A stretch of DNA of 38,534 nucleotides from a virus. The DNA lies in the IMG/VR virus record IMGVR_UViG_3300045988_049226; one strand, 5' to 3'. Below are positions 7,750 through 17,343 of this stretch, one piece after another; positions within the stretch are counted from its first letter, which is position 1, and each line of letters opens with the position of its first letter. The notes below the pieces were generated by a model. That model was not told the origin of the DNA. It did not search any database and saw only the letters and a list, made by a program, of their open reading frames with translations. The translations under genes and the position numbers were made by a program.

Positions 7750-7932
7750 TTATCCTTTCTGTGCTACTTCATCGAATAGCTCTTTCAATGCTTCATCTGC
7801 TTCTAGTACGTTGTTGATTCGCGCTAGTTGTTGTTGTGTTTCTTCATAGAGTGCCTTATAGTTAGCGCACTCAATAATCTTATTCGCAAGTTGGACTGCG
7901 ACATCGTTGATAATTTTGTCTGTTGTGTTCAT
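7750..7932 (-). CDS. Hypothetical small helical protein.
   Basis: 60-aa ORF whose start overlaps the Tal stop in an ATGA-type junction at 7932. Confidence 0.5.
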   Translation of the reverse strand: MNTTDKIINDVAVQLANKIIECANYKALYEETQQQLARINNVLEADEALKELFDEVAQKG

Positions 7933-10900
7933 TAATTAATCCTATCCCCCCATCGTTCTGTACCGACATATCCCATGCGGTTGAGCATATCTTTCAAAGC
8001 CATCTTCAAACGTACACCGTTTAAGTAAATTTCGCCTACGTGCAACTCATGTAGTGGCTTATCTGACCGCCCGATTGAGTGTTTTTGCCCATTATCATTT
8101 GATGGTATCAATCTGTGATGGTCTTTGTTTGTTCCGGCTTTAAAAATCCAAGGACTACGTTCGTTGTTATTTGTATATAAGATGACCTGGTCACCGACTA
8201 ACTCGGTTAGTGTTTCATCTCGATTGTATACACGCATCCCTGCAAAACCGCTTACGTGTGTCAGTGCGTTTTTATCTCTGGTTGAGCCTAAAACCGTGAG
8301 AGTTGAGTATTTCTTACCAGTATTCGTGATTTGTGTATCGTCTACCATTCTCAAGATTTGAGTCGGCAGATTGGTTCCTTGCCTAGTGAGGCCGGCGCCA
8401 TTATCCAAAATATTCATTTGGCCGTTTTGCAAATCAATATTCATCTTACCGTTTAAGGCTTCGATCCGACCGCCTCGCATGGTCATACCAGTTAGCGTAC
8501 CAGCTAGTACGTTGCTTGCGTTTACGTTAATCACATTGACTTGACTTGCGTCAATCGTGCCACCAATGATTTTATCAGCGTTTAGGTTAGCAATCATACC
8601 ATCCTTAATCACTGCATTATCAATCTTGGTCTGGCCTGTGATATGCGTTAGCCGTCCATCTATTCGGTTCGTACCGTTAGCAAGTAGGTTGATAGAGTTG
8701 AGTACGTCGCCCGCGCTACTTAGATTTTTGACCGACCAAGAACCAGCGAGCTGGTTTACTTGTGTGCGTACTGCTTCGATAGGTTCTGCGCTATCGTCTG
8801 GGCTCGGTTGCCATAAGCGATCTGATGAACCTTCGTAAAAGTCCAATTCGGTCATAAATAGACCAGACCAGCCGTTAGGATTGCCTTGGTAATTAAATAA
8901 CAGATAACCTTCATCAAATGCCCCTGTGTTAAAGCTAAATGACTTCTTGACGGCTCTGTCTGAGTTAAATGCAGGAGAACCAGTCTTGTCAAAGATTATT
9001 TGCATTTCGTCGAAGTCATTCGTCGATCCTTTCCTACGCTTACAGAATGCAATTTTAAAGCGTGCTGTGTTAGCATCAAAAGCTATCAAATTAAGCATAT
9101 AATTTGTATTTTGCTTAATGATGAAACGTGGACTATGGACAAATGCTCCCGGTCTTAGAGAAAACATTCTTTTTTGACCGTTGAGGTAAAAATAGTGAGC
9201 TGTGAAGGTCAACCGTCCATTAGCTTCAGTCCAGTAGTTCAATCCGTCATCGGCTCGCGAATTTCGGAGCATATTCGGTCCACCACTAGTCGAATATTTC
9301 CCGACCTCTGTCTGGAAGATCTGGCTACTCATAACCAACCGTGAGAGTTGGTCTGGTGCGCCTGTTTCAGACGTGCCAAGGATACGTTCATAAAGCTTGT
9401 TGCTTTCAGTCAGCTTGTTAAATTCTACGGTTTGCTTGGCAATTTTATCAGATAGATTATTAACTCTATCATACACTCCATTAACTTCTGCTGTTGTAAC
9501 GAAATTAGTAGCAACTTTTGACACAATCTTACTATAGATCGTATCACCATTGTCCGCATTATTAAACGTTTCCGTGACCTTACGTGATAAATCTGGACTA
9601 TTTAAAATCAGCGTTTTAATTTGATCCGATAACGTAGCTGTGTCTGGAATCGTTCCAGCTTTAATAAGTGCTTCCTGTGCTTTTGCGTTTGCCTTCTCAA
9701 TCTCGATAGCAGTTGACTGCTTGGCTTGTTCAAGCTGTTTATCAACATCTTTCTTGATCTTATCGACATCTTCTGTGTCGATACGCTTTTCCCACTGAGA
9801 TCCGTTCCAGACATACATTCGGTCATAGATACCGTTCTTCTCAAACCAGATGTCACCGATTTTATGTTCTTTATCGTCTGGGTGGTTATACCAGACTTTG
9901 TTACCTTGCGCATTTAAGAGGTAGTCTGGTAAGCTGTTCTCAAAGCCTTGTTGAGCCTTAGCGATATCATCAACCCGTCCAGCTAGACCGCTTTGCATGG
10001 TTGATCTGACGTTCGTACCGATATCACCAAATTCCACGCTTTCGTTTCGCTCGTTGACAAAATCGTAAGTAACAGTCGTTACTTTCGCAGTCTCGTCCGT
10101 AAGCCCAATCTGTGGGTAGTAGATAGGCACGATATCACATAGCTCTAGTTCCTCGATCCAGCCTCGATCCGCATAGTCAAGTGTGCGTGCTAGATCAGCA
10201 TACTCGATTTTGATGTTGATCTTAGGCTTACCAATTTCATTGCGCTCCATATAATCATTAGCGATTTTACGCAATTTATCGGGTGTTGGGATATCCTTAC
10301 TCTTACTATCGCTCTTAAACTCGCTAGAAAAGTCTACGACCTTAATTCTGCGATGTGCGTAGAGAGCCTTATACTTACTATCTACATAATTCTCTGGTAG
10401 TGTGACCGTTACTGGATCAGGCTGGCTATCACTAGTGTCGCCCTCTGGTTTGTCTGGCGTATAAGTAGCGTATGGTAACACACTAGTGTATGCACTCTCA
10501 ATCGTTTCGTCAGATTCAGCAGATAAAATATTTCTGCCATACTCTAATACGGTTGGTGCAGTACGCCCTAACTGCTTATGCAGTCGAACGGTCATATTGT
10601 CAAATTCATACTCACCGCCATAAATATCAAGGATCGATCCCTCAACACCACCAAGGGCAAGACGGGCATTCTCCATTTTAGAGATATCAAACACACCCTT
10701 GCCAGTCGTCTGGATATCAGACCAAACATCAAAACGTAGATCACCAATCGTTGCATTGTGCCAGATTGCGAGAGCAGTAAAGGCAGAACCACTAAAGGGC
10801 CTGCCATTCACTAGCCCCATGTATTCCAGCTTATGACTGATATGCTGACCGTAGATTTTAACGATGTTACTGCTATCTTTTACGATTCGCGAGATCTCAA

Positions 10901-11111
10901 AGGTTTGGTTCTTGGTACGTAGTCCAGCATCAGCCTTGAGCTTCATTTCTTTCTCAAGGGTTGCAACCATTGGATCGTTCGTGGGAATTTCTGAATATAG
11001 CGTATAATTTCCGTTGCGTTCACGGGTTACAGTCCCCTTGGTAACGTTAAGTTCACCCAGACCGTAAGTGTCAAAAGCCGTCTCATTTTTATTAAACAAA
11101 ATAGGTCTCAT
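7932..11111 (-). CDS. Tail-associated lysin-like / minor structural protein (Tal, putative anti-receptor).
   Basis: 1059 aa. The N-terminus MRPILFNKNETAFDTYGLGELNVTKGTVTRERNGNYTLYSEIP matches the prophage-tail/minor-structural N-terminal family. It lies downstream of Dit. Confidence 0.8.
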   Translation of the reverse strand: MRPILFNKNETAFDTYGLGELNVTKGTVTRERNGNYTLYSEIPTNDPMVATLEKEMKLKADAGLRTKNQTFEISRIVKDSSNIVKIYGQHISHKLEYMGLVNGRPFSGSAFTALAIWHNATIGDLRFDVWSDIQTTGKGVFDISKMENARLALGGVEGSILDIYGGEYEFDNMTVRLHKQLGRTAPTVLEYGRNILSAESDETIESAYTSVLPYATYTPDKPEGDTSDSQPDPVTVTLPENYVDSKYKALYAHRRIKVVDFSSEFKSDSKSKDIPTPDKLRKIANDYMERNEIGKPKINIKIEYADLARTLDYADRGWIEELELCDIVPIYYPQIGLTDETAKVTTVTYDFVNERNESVEFGDIGTNVRSTMQSGLAGRVDDIAKAQQGFENSLPDYLLNAQGNKVWYNHPDDKEHKIGDIWFEKNGIYDRMYVWNGSQWEKRIDTEDVDKIKKDVDKQLEQAKQSTAIEIEKANAKAQEALIKAGTIPDTATLSDQIKTLILNSPDLSRKVTETFNNADNGDTIYSKIVSKVATNFVTTAEVNGVYDRVNNLSDKIAKQTVEFNKLTESNKLYERILGTSETGAPDQLSRLVMSSQIFQTEVGKYSTSGGPNMLRNSRADDGLNYWTEANGRLTFTAHYFYLNGQKRMFSLRPGAFVHSPRFIIKQNTNYMLNLIAFDANTARFKIAFCKRRKGSTNDFDEMQIIFDKTGSPAFNSDRAVKKSFSFNTGAFDEGYLLFNYQGNPNGWSGLFMTELDFYEGSSDRLWQPSPDDSAEPIEAVRTQVNQLAGSWSVKNLSSAGDVLNSINLLANGTNRIDGRLTHITGQTKIDNAVIKDGMIANLNADKIIGGTIDASQVNVINVNASNVLAGTLTGMTMRGGRIEALNGKMNIDLQNGQMNILDNGAGLTRQGTNLPTQILRMVDDTQITNTGKKYSTLTVLGSTRDKNALTHVSGFAGMRVYNRDETLTELVGDQVILYTNNNERSPWIFKAGTNKDHHRLIPSNDNGQKHSIGRSDKPLHELHVGEIYLNGVRLKMALKDMLNRMGYVGTERWGDRIN

Positions 11112-11824
11112 AGCTTAACCCCCCAGTTCGGGATTGTAAACACTTCAAAATTCCCGTCCCAACTAATCAAGTTACGGCCGTAGTCAAAGTAAGGCATCTG
11201 AAATTGAGGAGAGCGAACCACCTTATCCCAGGCTTGCAAGTTACCAGAGAATACCTGGTTAGCTTGCATATCCAGCGTGATCTTACCTTGGACATCTCTT
11301 AACTTAGTTTTGCGTCCGTTAATAGTAAGTGTACAGTCACCCGATCCGACAAGTGTGATGATAGGTTTTGCGTTGACATTGCCCATACCATTCACGGTAG
11401 CACCATTCATTAGTTTCTTGGTAGTACGACCCTGCTTATAAAATTTGACTGGATAACACACAAAATTAATGGTTGTTTTACCAAACTGCCGCATGGTTTC
11501 TTCAATACTAAATGTTTCAAGATAGGCAGCACGATAGATAAAATCTGGATCGTAAGAGATCGTTAAATCCTTATAACCTGCCACGTTGAGCCATTCAGAA
11601 ATTTTATAAACTTCTGTAGCAATTAAGCCCTTTTCTTTTACAAAATTTACAGGAAAACTCAATTCAGCAGAATTAAGACGGTTATTACTTATTAGCAAGT
11701 CACCATCTCTCCCTGCTACCGTCACGCGCTCTACATCAAGGCTGGAAGTAGTGATCTTCTTGCCTTCTGCTACTTTTAAGCCGAATTCAGTATTTTTCTT
11801 TCCGTTGAAAGTAAATGTCGTCAA
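11108..11824 (-). CDS. Distal tail protein (Dit, siphovirus tail component).
   Basis: 238 aa immediately after the tape measure, with a 4-nt overlap on both sides. The N-terminus is MTTFTFNGKKNTEFGLKV. Confidence 0.75.
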   Translation of the reverse strand: MTTFTFNGKKNTEFGLKVAEGKKITTSSLDVERVTVAGRDGDLLISNNRLNSAELSFPVNFVKEKGLIATEVYKISEWLNVAGYKDLTISYDPDFIYRAAYLETFSIEETMRQFGKTTINFVCYPVKFYKQGRTTKKLMNGATVNGMGNVNAKPIITLVGSGDCTLTINGRKTKLRDVQGKITLDMQANQVFSGNLQAWDKVVRSPQFQMPYFDYGRNLISWDGNFEVFTIPNWGVKL

Positions 11825-14800
11825 GCTAATCCCCTTCCTTCCTGATTAGTATAGTATGCTAGTTCACGCATTAAGCGCTTCATGAACTCTGGTGTCAAAT
11901 CTTGTCCAGTGCTATTTCCATGCACATTCAATGTGTAGTTTTGGTTTGGCCTTTCGTCACGATTGTTACCACGTTTAACCTGGTCAATCAACTCTTGGAT
12001 AAACGGTACAAGATCACGCTGTTCATTGTTCCGTTTCCATTCATTAACATTCTTGATTCGTTGTGTAACGTTCGCAACTTCCGAACGTTTCCAACCTACA
12101 CCGTCTGCAAAGTTCGGTATACCTAATTCACGCATAAAGTTTTTAGTCAAACCAGCGCGCATGACTTTCGAACCTCTTGGAAGATCAAGGATCACGTTAC
12201 GGCCCTCTGGGATAAACGATGATCCGTCCGGTAGTGTGACCATTTCTTTGTAGAGCGTACCACGTTGGTCATTGACCATTGCAAGTCCACCTTCGTGGTA
12301 GTCTGTACCATCTTTAAAACCAATCGCGGCTGCTGCTCCACCAATCATCCGCCTTACGACATCAATGTATACTGTCTTACCTTGAACGCTATTGATATTT
12401 GATTGAGCGCTCCATACAGGGCCTGCAGTATTATCTTGTGCATTGATGCCCTTGATAGGACTTGGAGTGCTATTCCAAGCGTTTTGATTTTCAATAGCTT
12501 GCCGTGCAGCAGTTATCGCACCAGTTGGATCACCCAACTGCGGTTTAACTGGACTAGGTGTACTATTCCACTCTTGCTGTTTAGCAATTGCTTGGTTAGC
12601 AGCGTTAGTTGCGTTACTTGCATCGGCAGTAAATTGTTTTGTAGGTACTGCGAATCCGTTATACAATCCCAAAGCGCCCATAGCTTGGTTAGTCCCAAGC
12701 GTTACACCGTCTGGAGTTGCAATCAAGTCCGTCTTATGGTCTGTAGGTAGTGTTAAGATGCTAGACATCGCACTAGCGATAGCGCTCTTGGTCTTGTCTT
12801 CTGCATCCAAGTTGACTACGTGAGCCATACCAGTTAACGAATCAACTGCTAGTCTAACACGTTCAGCCTTATCACTTGCAGCATCTTTTAAGATCAGTTC
12901 TTTCTGCTCTGGTGTGAGTGTATTCCAACGCTCAATGATCGCAGTAGCACGTTCACCCGATGATAGGAAGTCAGTATTCTTCATCAAGAGTTCTTTGACT
13001 TCTGCTGGCATTGCATTGTACTGTTCCAGCAATGTCTTGCTATCAAGGACGGCTTTCATACCTTGATTGTTACCGACTACTAACTCTTTCTCTTGTGGGG
13101 TTAAGCTATCCCACTTGCCAACCTCAACCAGTGCTTGTCCGATCGTCATCTTAGCGTTAGTCTCAAGGTTTGCGTGCTTGAGGATAAACTGCATATTCTC
13201 CCAGCCATTTTCAGCTTGGAGCGCTTTAGTTACTTCCTCTTGTGCATTGGTCTTGACTTGTCCAGTCTTAGGATCAAATACTAATCCATTCCAGATGTTG
13301 TTGGCATCTTTGGTCTCCTGCGACATATTTTGCACGCTCTTAGCAACCATACCAGACGAACGACCCACGATGTCGGCGAATTGGTCTGCCTTAGCCATCA
13401 TCTTGTCGTAATCAAGGCCAAGTTCTGCCCAATCCTTGCGCATCTGATCAAAATACATCTTACGTTGTTCGTCGTTACCGAAATTAAGAGGTACTTTCTT
13501 ACTCCATTCCTTTTGAAGAGCAGCATACTCACGGCCAAATGCTTCCATCTTGGACTTGTGTTGGGCATTTAGTTTTTCCATTTCCTTGTTGTATTCGGAC
13601 TGGCTATAAATCCCCTTTTCGTGAGCATCTTTCAATGCAGTCACTTGCTCATCATAGAGCTTCTGTTCCTCTTTGAGCCATTTAGCTACAACTCCCGATC
13701 CTTTACGTAACTGCGTTTCATTCAGATCACTAATCTGACCATTCATGGCTTTCATGATGGCAGTGCGTTCATCAGCAGAATATTTCTGCAATGACAATTG
13801 CTTATCAATAAATTGATTTTCGTAGTCGTAGATAATCGCTTGTTCTTCGCGAGTGATCTTTCTGTGTTGATCGGATGCGTTTTGATAAATCTGTACAATC
13901 TCATCTGTCATGGATTGCACATTCTTCTTTTGCTGTTCTGCTTGAGCTACAGCACGTTTTTGGATTGTTTCACTTGCACCAACTTTTTCAAGACCTTTAA
14001 GAGTCTTTTCAAGGTCTTTGTCAATCGCTTTTTGGATATCATCAGCAAGACCTTGCACACTCTTACGGACATTCTCAACCGCTTGCGCTCCACCTTGGCC
14101 AAAGCCTACGGTAGCCTGATGAACTTCATCTACTTTAGATTTCAAACGTGATAGCTCTTGGTCTTGTAGCTTGCTTACACTCGTTCCCCAAGTCTGAGTA
14201 CGTTCGTTTGCATCCGCCATTTCTTTCGCAATGATCCCGATGCCTATTAGTGCAGCACCACCAGCAAGGACACCCCAAGTAACTGGATTACCTAACAACC
14301 CAACTGCTGTACTCCACAATCCTGTACTTGCAGCCGCACTCTCTGCAGCAGTCCCAGTAGCAGTCATACCAGTGACCATTCCTTTTAAGCTGTTGATAAA
14401 TCCATTACCCTCAGAAACAGATTTTAGTACACCGCTAAATTTACCAATTCCTCTAGCGACTGTACCCAAAGTCTTCGAAAAGCCACTAATAATTCTTGCA
14501 CCACCGCCTAATATTTTCATCGCTGGACCAATTGCAGCAGCAAAACCAGCCCATTTTAAAATGCTCTGTTGTTGCTCTGTTGACATTTCACTAAACTTCT
14601 TAGCCATGTCTGATAACGTTTGTAGCCAAGGTTTAGCAGCGTCCAAACCACTGTTTAACGCTTTTAGTAGTGGCCCACCAAACTCAATCGCAATATCAGT
14701 AAGTTTGTTCTTGAAGATTTTAAGTTGTGATTCTGTAGTTTCATAACGCTTGCTTGCTTCGTTTGTAAGTGCGTTATTTTCTTTCCAAGCGGTATTAGAG

Positions 14801-15252
14801 CGACTAACTGCCTCGCTCATCTTATCTGATGCTGATGCTAGAGATTTCAGCATATTCCCTTGACGAATACCTGTCATTCCAAGTTCATCAAGGATGCCAT
14901 CCATATTCTTGCCTTCGTCATGCGCACGTTGTAAACCTTTAATAAATGATTGTAAGGCTTCCGCTGGTTTCTGTTTCCAAGCAGTAGAGAATTGTTCTGC
15001 AGTCATTCCTGCAGTTTGTGCGATGACTTCTAGTTTCTCTTTCGCACCTTTACCTACACCAGCTACCGCCTTACCGATACCAGTAAGGGTCTGGTTCATC
15101 GCAGTTCCCCCTGCTTCGGCTTCAATACCCACACTACTCATAGCAGTAGCAAGGCCAAGAATTTCTGGGGTAGTTAAACCAGCAAGTTTACCGCCTGCTA
15201 CTAAACGGTTGGTCATTTCGACAATATCGCGTTCTGTCGTGGCAAAATGGTT
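11821..15252 (-). CDS. Tape measure protein, exon 3 (1143 codons plus stop).
   Basis: It begins NHFATTERDIVEMTNRLVAGGKLAGL..., which continues the TP901-type core. It contains a Gly/Ala-rich hydrophobic segment and repeated motifs. Confidence 0.85.
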   Translation of the reverse strand, partial: NHFATTERDIVEMTNRLVAGGKLAGLTTPEILGLATAMSSVGIEAEAGGTAMNQTLTGIGKAVAGVGKGAKEKLEVIAQTAGMTAEQFSTAWKQKPAEALQSFIKGLQRAHDEGKNMDGILDELGMTGIRQGNMLKSLASASDKMSEAVSRSNTAWKENNALTNEASKRYETTESQLKIFKNKLTDIAIEFGGPLLKALNSGLDAAKPWLQTLSDMAKKFSEMSTEQQQSILKWAGFAAAIGPAMKILGGGARIISGFSKTLGTVARGIGKFSGVLKSVSEGNGFINSLKGMVTGMTATGTAAESAAASTGLWSTAVGLLGNPVTWGVLAGGAALIGIGIIAKEMADANERTQTWGTSVSKLQDQELSRLKSKVDEVHQATVGFGQGGAQAVENVRKSVQGLADDIQKAIDKDLEKTLKGLEKVGASETIQKRAVAQAEQQKKNVQSMTDEIVQIYQNASDQHRKITREEQAIIYDYENQFIDKQLSLQKYSADERTAIMKAMNGQISDLNETQLRKGSGVVAKWLKEEQKLYDEQVTALKDAHEKGIYSQSEYNKEMEKLNAQHKSKMEAFGREYAALQKEWSKKVPLNFGNDEQRKMYFDQMRKDWAELGLDYDKMMAKADQFADIVGRSSGMVAKSVQNMSQETKDANNIWNGLVFDPKTGQVKTNAQEEVTKALQAENGWENMQFILKHANLETNAKMTIGQALVEVGKWDSLTPQEKELVVGNNQGMKAVLDSKTLLEQYNAMPAEVKELLMKNTDFLSSGERATAIIERWNTLTPEQKELILKDAASDKAERVRLAVDSLTGMAHVVNLDAEDKTKSAIASAMSSILTLPTDHKTDLIATPDGVTLGTNQAMGALGLYNGFAVPTKQFTADASNATNAANQAIAKQQEWNSTPSPVKPQLGDPTGAITAARQAIENQNAWNSTPSPIKGINAQDNTAGPVWSAQSNINSVQGKTVYIDVVRRMIGGAAAAIGFKDGTDYHEGGLAMVNDQRGTLYKEMVTLPDGSSFIPEGRNVILDLPRGSKVMRAGLTKNFMRELGIPNFADGVGWKRSEVANVTQRIKNVNEWKRNNEQRDLVPFIQELIDQVKRGNNRDERPNQNYTLNVHGNSTGQDLTPEFMKRLMRELAYYTNQEGRGLA

Positions 15253-15545
15253 CATTTGTTATCACAAAGGCTTTTTATCCTCTGTTTCTCATAGTTTCCT
15301 ATGAGTTCGGCATATATTTTCACCTTCAACTTCACTTGTTAAGGTGACGGCCACTCGTGGGAAGATTGTATTCTACGCTTTTTGAGTAAACAAAAAGCAT
15401 AGGTTCACTTCCTATGCTCTACGGTGATTGAGTTTTTTTAATCACTCAATTTACCTCGGTATTAACTTATCTTTAGACTTAGTTTTCACCGATTTTGGCC
15501 GTTATTTTAAGCTACTAATTTCTTAGTAACTGGGCAACCATACTT
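15253..15545 (-). ncRNA. Group I-like intron 2 in the tape measure gene (293 nt, ORF-less).
   Basis: The 5' exon ends in U (15546) and the insert ends in G (15253). Guide GCCCAG pairs with exon UUGGGU (P1), and AUGGUU pairs with 3' exon AACCAU (P10). It has hairpins capped by GAAA. It is homologous to the insert at 15856-16122. Confidence 0.7.
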
Positions 15546-15855
15546 ACCCAAATCCACCACGGCTGACCCAAAGTGTCCAGACCATGTGCCAAGGTCCTTA
15601 CCAGACACTTGCATGATGTTACCGATTTTAGCGATTGACGATGCAGCTTCTTCGGAACTTAGGTTAGTAGACACTCCCAAATTAATCATGGTTTTGGAGA
15701 AGTCTTTAATCGCACCAATAGGTACACCTAATTGCCCTGCTGCTTCTGCTACGTGTGCGATTTCTACCGCACTAGACGGCATTTCTTTAGCCATCTCGCG
15801 AATACTGGTAGATAGTTGGGCAAATTGCTGCGGAGTTCCGTCCACTGTTTTCTTT
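15546..15855 (-). CDS. Tape measure protein, exon 2 (310 nt).
   Basis: It encodes (V)KKTVDGTPQQFAQLSTSIREMAKEMPSSAVEIAHVAEAAGQLG...SAVVDLG. Joining the exons restores frame and the conserved core. Confidence 0.8.
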
Positions 15856-16122
15856 CAATTTTGTTATCGTAAAGGCTTTTTATCCTTTACTTCTTACAGT
15901 TTCCCGTAAGTTCGGCGTACATTTTCAACCTTTATTGTAAGGCTGTCGAACACTCGTGGGAAGATTATATTTATTCACTCCCTACGCTCTACACTACTTA
16001 CCAGCCTTTCGCAATCTGATAAGTTAGCACGGTATTAGCATATACTTTGTAAAGTACTTAGCTTTTACCGTTTTTGCTCGATTTAATTACTCTAATATTA
16101 CTATTAGAGAGGGCAAAGATTT
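15856..16122 (-). ncRNA. Group I-like intron 1 in the tape measure gene (267 nt, ORF-less).
   Basis: The 5' exon ends in U (16123) and the insert ends in G (15856). Guide GCCCU pairs with exon GGGGU (P1), and UCUUU pairs with 3' exon AAAGA (P10). The P2 hairpin is CUCUAAUA-GUAA-UAUUAGAG. Confidence 0.7.
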
Positions 16123-16706
16123 ACCCCAGCGAACGCACTCTCATAATCAATCGCAGCCTTAACCGCAACCCCAGCGCCAGCAAGTAGTGGTACAGTCAGA
16201 CCTTTTGTAAGCGTTGATCCAACACTTTGCATACTCTTTCCAATACCCTGCATCTTTGAACCGAATGAATGCAAGCTGTTTCCAACTTGTGTCCATTTAC
16301 TAGACTGGATATTGATTTCTCTTGTGAGGTCAGCATATCGCCCCCTCAAATCTGATAAAGTCGTAGCAGTCTGCAACATCGCATTACGTGCGCCTAGCAA
16401 ATCTTCTTTGTTTTTCGCACTCGCACTACTCAAATCACCAATCTTGGATTTTAGATTATTGTAGTGTTCTGATTGTTGCTTTAAAATGCCCTCATAAGCT
16501 TTAATGCTGTTCGCAGTCTCACCTAAAACGGTTTTCATTCCCGTTAGGTCCTTACCGCCTTTACCAACATTTTTAAAGGATTTTTCCATCGCAGATAAGG
16601 AACGATCCAGACCACGCATATATGAGCTTAATTGCTTGGTATTTCCAATAAATGGTTGGATGTCCAGCGATGCTGTTGCTACTAATTCACCTAAATTACT
16701 AGCCAT
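16123..16706 (-). CDS. Tape measure protein, exon 1 (584 nt).
   Basis: ATG at 16706 with RBS AAAGGAGGATAA. The exon ends ...AAIDYESAFAGV. The remaining codons of ORF 16104-16706 (NLCPL, then stop) are intron sequence. Confidence 0.8.
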
Positions 16707-16719
16707 TTATCCTCCTTTC

Positions 16720-17249
16720 TTAACCAAATAAAAGCGGAAATGCTTTATCAAGCGTGGTCTCTTTCTCTGCTTCCTCTTTCTTCGTCTCAAAGGCTTTCAC
16801 CATCAAATCAAAGTCAGAAAGTCGCATCTGTTTAATTTCAAGGATTGTATATCCCTGTTGCATCAGCTCTTGAAACCAGATTAAGAGATTATCACGCGCT
16901 TCTTCTGGGCTTATCCCTTTTTTTCGTCTTCACCCTCAAGGTCTTCGATCACTTCTTCTTTAATTCCAAGCGCTGCGAGATAGATTTTTTCAAGTGTTTT
17001 TAAAATCGTGATATCTGCTTGCTTCAAATCTTCGACTTTAAACTGACCGCCAAACATATCAACGAACATTTTTAGATATGCTTCATTTAGTTTGCGATTT
17101 TCTTTTGGATCATTCGCTTTCTTAGGGTCTTGGATAAGCGCTGATTGTCGCACGTTTTGCTCAGTTGCGAGGAGATTATCTTCTACATTGATATATTCCT
17201 TAGTAAATTCTTTATCAATTCCACCAATTTTTAGCTTGATTGTGTACAT
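16720..17249 (-). CDS. Tail assembly chaperone G-T fusion produced by a -1 programmed frameshift.
   Basis: After a -1 slip at 16923-16917, the frame stays open for 65 more codons (GISPEEARDNLLIWFQELMQQGYTILEIKQMRLSDF...) to TAA at 16722-16720, just before the tape measure RBS. Confidence 0.75.
16911..17249 (-). CDS. Tail assembly chaperone (gpG-like).
   Basis: 112-aa acidic protein between the major tail and tape measure genes. It ends at a slippery A AAA AAG site. Confidence 0.8.
   Translation of the reverse strand: MYTIKLKIGGIDKEFTKEYINVEDNLLATEQNVRQSALIQDPKKANDPKENRKLNEAYLKMFVDMFGGQFKVEDLKQADITILKTLEKIYLAALGIKEEVIEDLEGEDEKKG
16917..16923 (-). promoter_or_regulatory. Slippery heptamer A AAA AAG (-1 PRF site).
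   Basis: The sequence GAC GAA AAA AAG GGA TAA carries an X XXY YYZ heptamer in the zero frame, 2 codons before the G stop. Confidence 0.75.
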
Positions 17250-17260
17250 TTCCTACTCCT

Positions 17261-17298
17261 TAAATAAAAATAAAAAGCATGGAAATAGAATCCATGCT
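17261..17298 (-). terminator. Rho-independent terminator or attenuator after the major tail gene.
   Basis: 8-bp stem 17276-17283 with 17291-17298. The minus strand continues TTTTTATTTTTATTT. Confidence 0.7.
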
Positions 17299-17343
17299 TA
17301 GAAAGTTGTTATCCTGCGCCTACAGCACTAGCTGGTGCGGCGC

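Noticed and set aside
14231-14746. Long plus-strand ORFs antisense to structural and early genes. Examples are 14231-14746 (171 aa), 14894-15304, 26014-26628 (204 aa), 29562-30077, 20820-21302 and 17279-17659.
   Set aside because: They lie entirely inside well-supported minus-strand genes, lack RBSs, and have low-complexity or Ser/Leu/Cys-rich compositions typical of shadow frames.
15507-15545. The C-terminal tails of the fragment ORFs (KYGCPVTKKLVA at 15507-15545 and NLCPL at 16104-16122), considered as real protein ends.
   Set aside because: These codons are the first bases of the intron-like inserts and belong to the P1/P10 guide region. The conserved tape-measure sequence resumes exactly after each insert.
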